Positions 1-9,600 of a DNA stretch of 64,000 bases are shown piece by piece; positions within the stretch are counted from its first letter, which is position 1, and every line of letters begins with the position of its first letter. The notes beneath the pieces were generated by a model that was given only the letters and a program-made list of their open reading frames with translations, made no database searches and had not been told where the DNA came from. A program made the translations under genes and the position numbers. This stretch comes from Haliotis cracherodii (lineage: Eukaryota). The DNA lies in the NCBI RefSeq assembly GCF_022045235.1, contig NW_027266275.1, positions 70,804,001 to 70,868,000 on the forward strand. The letters run 5' to 3'.

Positions 1-336
1 CCCATCCCTACCGGGTACCCACTGTAGGTCTCAAGAGTTGGGGACAAAATGTCTACTTGGGTATTGTTTTACTGGAGCCCTAGCAAAAAACTATTTAGAT
101 ATATATGATTAATCTGATCTGATTAATTTTCTTCTTAATTGTTATATCAATGTATTATGTGATGCTTTTGGAGGGCTTGAGTCAATTTATTATATACTTT
201 TAACTACACAGCTCGTGCACATATCTCCTTTGCCCATCACTTGATGAGAAACATGATACTGTAAATCTGGAAATTAATGCAACTGCTGATCCCTAGCCAA
301 AAATGCGACTCAATATCAATGCGACTCCCCCCCACC

Positions 337-435
337 CCACAAAGCGATCTTAGCGCTACGACTATTGTAAGCCTATGTTTAAGTATGGGAGTTACGATCA
401 TCTTAGCACTAAGATGGCTTTGTGCAAGTGGGCCC
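337..435. mobile_element. Small palindromic MITE (PIF/Harbinger-like GGGCCC terminus)
   Basis: cacaaagcgatcttagcgcta ... tagcactaagatggctttgtg form an inverted repeat; right end is gggccc, left end degraded. Confidence 0.5.
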
Positions 436-841
436 AGGAAGTGACATTTCCATGTGGACGACAACTCGGTAGCTGATTGTTTTTGTGGACAAGTGAAAAT
501 AAAGAACTGTGTGACATGGAGTGACGATCATTCTTCTTGTTCATATATATTAACGTGACAATAACATGACTGAAACCATATTGACCGATATTTTCCGTGG
601 ATTCAAGAAAATACATTATTAATATAATATTGCTAACTGACTTTTGACAGGGTTAGAAATAAGTTTAATATCTTATATATTTCAACTGTCCTTTGACATG
701 TTCCATAAAATGGTTTCAAAGAGATGTATTTAGTATGTTTACCGGTAGTGTATTTCAAATTTAACTTGATCCTCATCAATATTGTGTTGTTCAGATGTGT
801 TTGATATTTATATTTTTTATAGTTTACATCATTTCCTTCAG

Positions 842-1934
842 ATAAAGAGTGCAAGGAAGCAGATTCTCAAGCTTATACTGGAAAAGGAACATGTAAGTAT
901 ACAAGATGTCTGTTTTACTGTGTTTTTACTGGCTTCTTGATCCTTTTGTGACCTCAACTTTGTGTTACACCCCGAGAACTAAATTTTTAACAACCTCAAG
1001 CCTTCATCATTTGTGATTGAAGAAATACTGTGAAGGCTTGACCCAGCCATTGTTCTGCTTGTTCAAAGTTAGTGAGAGAACATGCAGCTTGTAGATCTCT
1101 CTCTTTCCTGTTGATTAGAAATGTGTAAAGTAGTTTGTTTCTATGTCATGTGCTTAATTTAATCCTTCCAGGTCAGTGAGATTGACTATGATCGTCTTGC
1201 CGAGGTGACCACTGACTTCTCTGGGAGTGATCTGCGGGAGGTGTGTCGGTCAGCGGCCATCACGACGGTCCAGGAGCTGGTCATGCAGAGGAACAACAGC
1301 CCCGGGGAAGCTGGGTGAGACTTACTTAAGATTCTGAAATTCCTCCGTGGTCTAGTGGATGCAGCATCTGCCTTGAGAGCAGAAGGTCGGGGGTTCAATC
1401 CCTGGCCGCTTCATTCCAAAAGGTTAAAAAGAAGGTACTTGTTGTTAACTTGTCTGGCGCTAGGCACTAAGGGGATGAAACTGTTTGCCTCGGAGTCAGT
1501 ATACTGTGTCTGAGTGGGGTATCCATGTTAAATTGTTCGGCTTGGAGTCAGTATACTGTGTCTGAGTGGATTATCCATGTTAAACTGCAGTATGGTATCT
1601 CAGTGAACTAGCACCATAAAACCAGCAATTGTCCATTCTAGTTCAGCGAACAATGTTCAACCACATTTCAACTCACCTCACTGTTGTTTTTTTATTGCAA
1701 GAGAATATTTTGATGAACATCAGTGAGAAAGATAAGATGATCATTTTGTGAGTTTAAGAATCTTGATAGTGATAGGTTCAATTTAAGTTCATATAACCTG
1801 TTTTTCTTCTCAGGGTGGAAAATCTTGTCGACCGAAGACAGATAACTTTCTGCGACTTGGACAATGCAATACGCAAAGTGAGACAGACGAAGAGCATGTC
1901 ATCGTCCAGTCAGAGCCTATTCCCTGTAGACTGA
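842..1934 (+). CDS. ATAD1: ATAD1/Msp1-like AAA ATPase, last three coding exons (842-892, 1172-1314, 1814-1934); 5' part lies upstream of the window
   Basis: Spliced translation IKSARKQILKLILEKEH|VSEIDYDRLAEVTTDFSGSDLREVCRSAAITTVQELV...|VENLVDRRQITFCDLDNAIRKVRQTKS...FPVD*. Contains the AAA small-domain FSGSDL-E-CR-AA motif and an ATAD1-like C-terminus; GT-AG introns with matching phases (0, 2). Confidence 0.85.
1341..1681 (+). mobile_element. tRNA-headed SINE, family B (~330 bp), in ATAD1 intron
   Basis: A/B-box-like head (gtggtctagtgg...ggttcaatccc) and core ggtacttgttgtt...ctggcgct; homologous copies at 26518, 35153, 57019 and 59195. Confidence 0.75.
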
Positions 1935-2422
1935 GTCATGTACTTCTAGACCAAGTAGCAGTGTGCCTGTCAGAGAGTCAGGGTGTGGCACAGGTGTACT
2001 GTGTGTGTGTAGAAGCTGTATGTGTGCATTTGTACAGAAATCACCATCAGTATATAATCATGTTATCACTGACGATGTTTGTGTGATGTATATCCATCAG
2101 GACTAATGGTAAATTAGAAATATCATTTTAACTGGAATTGTTGTTACTGTGTTGTATGTAACTTTTGCTGATGCGACGTTAAGCAATAGTCATTCACTGT
2201 GTGTAATTGTGAACATGTGATTTTTAATAGAAGAATAATTTTTGGATACTGTCGGTAAATTTAAGAAGATGGATGTTTAAGTCTGTAGAGAGGACTACTT
2301 CTAGTCTTCTCAAGCTTGCTGGATGATTTGCTTTGGTTTTGAAAATATAGTTAAAATTGTTTTCTGAAAAATCCTTTTTTTATTTTTGCTAAAAGTTAAG
2401 TTATGGCATAACATTGTGCAAT

Positions 2423-2568
2423 TGTAGCAGGGTGTGGTGTCATCCCACAGATGACATCCTTACCTTGTCAGTGTAGCAGGGTGTGGAGTCATCCCACAGA
2501 TGACATCCTTACCTTGTCAGTGTAGCAGGGTGTGGAGTCATCCCACAGATGACATCCTTACCTTGTCA
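2423..2568. repeat. 49-bp tandem repeat x3 downstream of the ATAD1 stop (probable 3'UTR)
   Basis: tgtagcagggtgtggagtcatcccacagatgacatccttaccttgtcag at 2423, 2472 and 2521. Confidence 0.9.
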
Positions 2569-3528
2569 ACTTGCTGAGAGGGTAAACCACTTTGGTCATG
2601 TGGACAAGGTGTGTGCCCTTGGATGAAAAAATCTGTGGTTCAAATCCTGCCATGGGACTGTTATGGCTGCTGCATTGGCACTCAACATGAGATTTAGCAT
2701 GTTCCTATCACATTGGAGCAAAATAAGTCTCAGTACCCTCCCATGCGGCCCGGGATGTACCCTCTTGTGACGGGGGAGTGTGTGGCAGGGCGTGGACAAC
2801 TAGATCAAACTATTTGTTCGTGTGGGCAATTTTTATGTGAAATATTTTGGCTGCTTAACATAGAATAGGTTCAGCTAACAGAAAATAGGTCCGAACGGTC
2901 AAATGGCGATACAGGCATAACTGACACTGCACATATGGCAAGAAAATAAATGAAATATTTTTCAAAAAACATTTCCCACCCACCGACCAAGATTTGTGTC
3001 TGGACCCGAAAAGTCATCCCCAGGCTCTAGTCATTCCTTGCGATGATGGAATATCTGTTTGTTTACCAGTACTTGACAAGTGTGATGGACTTTGTATATG
3101 TTGTATAGATCTATACATTGCAAAACAGTGTATCATTGCGTCCTAAATTATATAACCTTGGTGCACATTTATCTATACATGTATATATATGCAGTTCTGA
3201 AGCGACAGGTCTGGGATCTGTACAGTAGATGATAGTGTTATTTATCAGTTATTCATGATTGTTTTGTAAGGTGTTTTCCCTCTGTTTTGTATTTAAATCG
3301 TGTAAAGTTTTGGTCTTCTTATCCGATTTATTCCATTCACATAATGTCAAAATTTTCAGATCTTTGCCCATCTATTATTTGTTGAAAAGTAACATGATTG
3401 ATCTTTTTCACTGTTGCATTAAAATGAAATGTAATTGAGTGGTCTTTATCACTATGTTCATATGTATTACCAAGCAGGCTGACATCTAACTATATTTGAT
3501 CATTTGTGACAGCCAATATTGCAGTGTA

Positions 3529-3706
3529 CAGTGAAACATCGTGAGTCCGGAACCCGTTCTTCCTTAATCCCTGCCCACTGGACAAATTCTGTCAGTAACA
3601 CTCACAGTTGTACAAAGGGCCCTTGACTCTGTATTGATGATTTGTTTATCTGGACAATTGATAATTCGGACACCTACACAGGGGACAGATTAGCAAGTTC
3701 CACTGT
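3529..3706. mobile_element. Tc1/pogo-type MITE
   Basis: Terminal inverted repeats cagtgaaac / gttccactg, with TA on the left. Confidence 0.45.
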
Positions 3707-3778
3707 GCAATATAGTATTGTGTTTGTCAGGCTTCTTGTTATATCATCATCTCCATATATACAGATGTCTTTCTTTTA

Positions 3779-3946
3779 GGGGGCGGTAGGGTAGCCTAGT
3801 GGTTAAAGCATTCGTTCGTTAGGCCGAAGACCCGGGTTCGATTCCCGACATGGGTACAGTGTGTGAAGCCCATTTCTGGTGTCCCCCGCCGTGATATTGC
3901 TGGAATATTGCTAAAAGCGGTGTAAAACCAAACTCACTCACTCACT
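3779..3946 (+). mobile_element. tRNA-derived SINE, family A (~170 bp, (ACTC)n tail)
   Basis: Head gtagcctagtggttaaagc...ggttcgattccc; tail gatattgctggaatattgctaaaagcgg.gtaaaac plus actcactc; more than 10 copies in the window. Confidence 0.9.
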
Positions 3947-4029
3947 CCTGGTATAATGTAAGTTGTCCTGGAATAATTCTCACTGGGAAGCAGTGTTATT
4001 TGAGTAAAGGAAGAAAAGTTCAGTTTTAC

Positions 4030-4185
4030 CACACAGGTCACAAATCAGGTGAAGTTAAGCAACATCGGTCGAGAGTCCTCGTATGGGTGACTGCGTGTTG
4101 GCAGCTTGGCTCCTGAGTTTCTGGGGCTTTGGTCCTGCCCCTCACTGAAGCACATGTGGTGTCACCTTAGGCAAGTGACTTTGTT
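4030..4185 (+). mobile_element. Degenerate 5S rRNA-derived element followed by a CORE-like segment
   Basis: gaagttaagcaacatcgg...gtatgggtgactgc...gtgttggc resembles the invertebrate 5S A box, C box and 3' end; followed by ccttaggcaagtgacttt, similar to the CORE-SINE motif. Confidence 0.5.
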
Positions 4186-4196
4186 CGTAATAGGCC

Positions 4197-4277
4197 ATTG
4201 TACCCATGTGGGGAATCGAACCAGGTCTTCGGTGTGACGAACGAATCCTTTAACCACAAGACTTCCCCACCACCCCT
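4197..4277 (-). mobile_element. SINE family A, 5' part
   Basis: Reverse complement of the family A head. Confidence 0.75.
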
Positions 4278-5039
4278 ACTATATATGGAAGTGTTTTATA
4301 TGCTTGAAATGCCTGAATATACGGAAAAATCACAGGACTGTATATGTATATGATCATTCAGAACATTAACATTGAAATAGAGGATAATTGACCTCAGATC
4401 ATTAAAGTGTTTTAATAGGGAATCACGTGTATTTTACAGGGACCTGTGAGTGTATGGTAGGGTTTTCTCAAATTGGGCCAACACAATGTTTACCCACCCA
4501 CTTGTTTTATTTATTGTGTTGTGTCTTCTGAAGTATGCTTTATTCTTATCCCAATTTCAACACACAAGGGCAGGTAACTCTACACATCATATTTTCATAA
4601 ATTACATCTCAGGACAATACACTTCATCCAACCCATATTAAAAAGACTTATATGTTGGACAAACTGCTTTTTCTAAAAATTAAAACAATTTGTCCTAAAA
4701 TGTACATATGTATTTGTTTAGAGCAAATGTATACAGTTCATATTCCATGTGCTTCATCATGTTATTAATATTTTAGATTTGCTTATTTGTTGTGTAAAGT
4801 ACTTGTGTGAGGAAACTGTTAACTGTACAGACTATGTAACCTGTTGTGTGTATACATACTATGTGATAAGTTATTGGGCGATATATTATATACTAGTATT
4901 GCATGTGATCTTGTCTGTATGACCCAGAGACATGGAAGTAAAACAATCTGCAAACATTTTTGTGTTATTTGTTGTCTTTTGAATTTATAGTCCGCGGTAT
5001 CAATACTGATATGTTGATAAGACGGCGTATCTTTGCAGA

Positions 5040-5730
5040 CTGGATTTTTATTAACGACTGTTACCTTGAGAATACAGTCATGAGTAGAATGCATTGTCAA
5101 ACTGAATTTGAATCATCTCTATGGATATGTTTGGCTGTATATTATAGACAATTTCTTTCTGTAGTGTCGTAATGTGATAGTCCACTTTTAAGAACACGTT
5201 AAGAGGAAAAGGAGGAACCTTGTTATTTAATTCTAAACCTTGCGTCACACTTATGAGTGCAGACCTCCCATTGTGACACTGTGAATTTGACCTAACATTT
5301 TGCAATTTTACCAAACAGACCATTAATAAGAAGCGCCATAAAAGAAGCAGTTTTGTGTGCTGATGTTATGTATAACATCTTGTGTTCTGTTCCAAATGTA
5401 CCTCAAGGCTCCCCTATTCCTTGCCCCTACTTGCCGGAACAGCTTGCATTTGTAACCTTCAATTTGTATTATCAGTGTTTGAATCTGCCCATTGACAAGG
5501 ATTAAGAACATTTTCTGTCATTAATCATGTTAATATCAGCTTAATTTCAAAATCTCAAATTGAAATCTCAGAATCGAAAAAACTCTACTCTATGTTTAGA
5601 ATATCTATTGGATACCTGTTATGTCCGTCATATAGCTGGAATATTGCTGGGTGCGGCATTAAACAACAAACAAACCAAAACCCTTGTTTAGAAGTTGTCA
5701 TGTCCTACAAATACTTGGGATTACAGGTGG
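5040..5730 (+). mobile_element. Highly degraded LINE remnant (possibly CR1/L2-like)
   Basis: Scattered peptides in LINE order: FESSLWICLAVYYR (APE-like), VPQGS (RT), SYKYLG (RT thumb). No continuous ORF. Confidence 0.3.
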
Positions 5731-6204
5731 TCCAATGGTTTGAGCCACCACAATTTCATGTGCAGGGTTGCTTCCCCTGTCCATGCCAGGATTCGATAAA
5801 AAGCACCTTGCCATTCGGCCTTTCTTCTCACAATGTGACGTGTTGTGATATATCTGAGATAAGAAACTGAGACCTTTTAACAAAACAACTGTAGGTGGAT
5901 GTGCCAGCTGTTGCAGTATTATGGTTTTGCGTTTCAACTCACCCCATCATCTTCATCTTCTAACGGTTTCAAATCTTTGCTGATCATTTGACGTACCATG
6001 ACTTTATTAAAGTTTATATTTCCATGCTGCCCAGATTGACATGATTTTACTTCATGCATATGACAATTCATAGCTGTAGGATGATAGTGAGCACGCATGT
6101 CTCATGTCGATACATCCTGATGTAGAAATATGAAAAGGGGCAGGTTTCAGTTTCATAGTAATATTGACCCTGTAATCTTGGAAGGTCTTAGTGAAACACA
6201 TATT

Positions 6205-6360
6205 CGGCTAGCCTAGTGGTTAAATCTTTCGCTCATCACGTCGAAGACCCGGGGGCTCGATTCCCGACATGGGTACAATGGGTGAAGCCCATTTCTGTGT
6301 CTCCCGCCGTGATATTGCTGGAATTTTGCTAAAAGCGGCGTAAAACCATACTCATTCACA
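6205..6360 (+). mobile_element. SINE family A
   Basis: Matches 3779-3946. Confidence 0.85.
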
Positions 6361-6608
6361 TATTTGATGGCATATTGCAGGCGACAGTAGGACACAAGAA
6401 GACACAAGTAGGTCAAGATAATTTCTTCATGTATCATTTGCTGTAAGTCACATGTTGAGATGGACCATCAAGTCCTTGATCCGTTGTCATATCACTAGGT
6501 CTAACAAGAACCGTATATGCCGGATGTCTTCATTCTCGTACCGTTACCGACCTACAAAACTGCTTCCAAATGCGTTGACTTCATATCACAAAACCACAGG
6601 ACACGATG

Positions 6609-9600
6609 CTATATAGGACGATGACTGGTTGATGTCACTGGGTTGTCCTTGTCACGATGTTTCTGTAATATCTGTTCGGCTTCATCAACCTACAACAATT
6701 ATCCAAGTATTAGCAGCGTTGCACTTGAGTTAACATTTGCATCAAATACGCAGACCCGTATAACACTGGATCACATTGTAAGATCATATTGAAGCAATAA
6801 CCAAAACTATGATGTTGGCATCAGAAGTTCATGCGTAATGAGGTCAAATAACAATATAATCGGTGTCAAGACTCACTTTGAATTTGAGTTCATCCTCTGA
6901 TGTCATCAATGTTTCAATAGCCTCTGTGTCAAGTTCCAAAAGCATTCCCGTTATTTTCCCTGGATTTGCAGATGTGATGTCCTTCACCTTTGGGTACAGT
7001 CTGTTCCCTAAATACTGGTATCTCTCTTTGTCTGACAGTGTTTGAACATCCACATCCAACTCCTCATTTGACTCTTCTTCTATAGTTTCAAATGTTGGCT
7101 ACAACCGCAAAAGATATTTTCATTTTACTTTGAGAATCACATATAGGCATGAAAAAAAGTAATCATTCAGCAATGATTTTCCAAAGGGCAAAGAATCTAG
7201 GTATTAGCAGTCTAGCTTGGCCTCCCCACTGAGTATCTTGAAATATAATAATATACTGAACAAAAAAGGTTCGGGGTCATAAATGATTTCGCGGACATGT
7301 TTTTCTAGTGAAGACTGAGAACTCAATTATAAATAATATCCCCCAATGTGTTCATGATCCTTTTCTGATTTTCTTCAGTATATATGGCTTTGTTGATTTC
7401 GTAATATTCTTGCCTAAATAATGCTGTCAAGGTCCATGTGGTATTAATAATGTACTAAAAGGGTGTTCATTTAGTTCACCACTGACCTATTCCACCAGGT
7501 GTCCACGTACTTCTGGTCAGAATAGAGTCACCAGTGCTCATGCCTTTGGTAAGAGCCGCCCAATGAGGATAGGGTGAATACGAGGTGTGACCAAACCATA
7601 CCATGTTGACCATGCTTGGCCTGCCTCACCCAAACTCGAGTATATGAATGTTGCCATGATATAACTGGAATATTGCTGACTGTAGCATAAAACAACATTC
7701 ACTCACTCACTCAGCTGATTGGTTAAATAGATTCATATCACTTGTCAAGCAAATAGTTTCATATCACTTGTAAACAAATATATATTATGTTGTGTTACCA
7801 TCGCGTTCTCTTCTGTGTGTTGAGATGGCTCTGCAAATGAGACAATACTTGATGAAATACATCAGTCTGAGAGATGGTGGGTAAATCAACAAGGATTGTT
7901 TCTAAAAATGAGAAAGGACTTGAAATACATCTGTGTCTGAGTGTTGGTGTGTATCTCAACAAAGATAGGTTCTACAAATGAGAAGAAACTTGATAAAAAA
8001 CATATGTCTGAGAGACAAATGGCAGTCTCAAAGCCTTCATGTATATTGATCTGTTTAATCATACATTCTTAACAATAGGTGCCGTCAATAACAAGCCTTC
8101 ACTTATCCTGGAAGAGAACTAATCGTAGCTTGACCTTGGTTTTAAAAGGTAAGTTACCGTTTGTTTGGGAAGCCATGGTGGTTCTGAAGTGTGGTCCATG
8201 AAGAGGCACGTACAGCAATGGTGGTTGTGCTGGTGGTGGCGGCGCTAGATAACGGAAGGTGGGTGGTGCAGGAAACTGTGACTGGAATGGTGGCGGCGGT
8301 GGAACAGGAAGTCCCATTGGATACTGCAGTGATCCAAAAGTCCCTGGCCCTTGCTGTGAGTTACCTTGAACACATTTGACACATCACTGACATCTAACAT
8401 AGCTAATTTTCACATATTTCTATTTTCTGATTCAGTTGATTCAGCTGGTCGGCAGATGTGTGATAATATAATCATCTCCAATATAACTGCTGACTAAAAA
8501 GTAATACTCGTGTCTCAACTCTTATGTGCTTGTAATAAGTGAGTGAGTATGGTTTTACGCCACTTTTAGCAATATTCCAGCAGCATCACGACTGGGGACA
8601 CCAGAAATAGGCTTCACACATTGTACCCACGTGGGGAATCGAACCCGTGTCTTCGGCGTGACGAGCAAACACTTTAACCACTAGGCACTGACCCCGCCAC
8701 AGGTCATAATAAATGACTAATATTGTACTTTCGTAATAGTCAACAGTGATCATTTACCTACCCGGCAAACTTCCATACGTGGAGGGCTGGCGATACCCTA
8801 TTGTTGACGTTTCCCTTGGTACGGAGAAGGTTGTTCCTGGCTGGGGTGGGGGGAAGGCGAACTGTGGATATGTTGGACCCTGGACAGGAGACAAGAAATG
8901 ACGAAAGTATGTACATCAAAGCGTTGTGGGCAGAACGATTACACAAGGAGTGTATACACAGTGTATATGTATGCATGTTAGCAACTGTCATTAACTTACT
9001 TGCAAAGGAAAGCTGGAGACCGCGTTGCCAGGGTGGCAACCAATTTCCTTATTCTGAAGAGAAAGCCACATACTGTATTCACTTTCGAATCTAAAACTAG
9101 CATATGGTACATTTCTATTTGACACAAAGCGACAAAAAACATAATCATAAGAATCCCCTAAAAAAGCAGATACGATATCATGAGCATGTGTTTATGAATC
9201 ACTATCAAATAGTGAAGATACCAGGTGTTAGTCAGTTGTTCACCTACAAAATCATGGGAACATATGGTACAACCTAGTTAGTTGTCTTGCCTTTGCATGT
9301 GTTTGTGACGGTGCCACTGGTTGGGTAGGGTTCGCTTACCTTTTCGCGAACACCTAGTGTCATCACTATTTGAAAGTGATTCATAAACATGATTGTCGCT
9401 TTTATTTACATATTTGAAAAGTTGATCAGGTTCCCTTTTCAGTACCACAAATATGATTTAGCTCACAACAGCTTTTTTGAAGTCCGGGCTTTCCTTGAAA
9501 GTGTAGAAATATTCTTGAAACCTTTGAGCAAGTAAGGGGAAAATACGATTGGCCACACGATCATACAATGAGTTACCTTGTCCGCCTGAAACGATATGAA

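Noticed and set aside
3779-3850. tRNA gene
   Set aside because: tRNA-like SINE head that continues into a SINE body; the same applies to the other copies.
6609-8879. Calling the MLLE gene PABPC1 or UBR5
   Set aside because: No RRM exons upstream and no HECT domain downstream; the upstream exons are unrelated.
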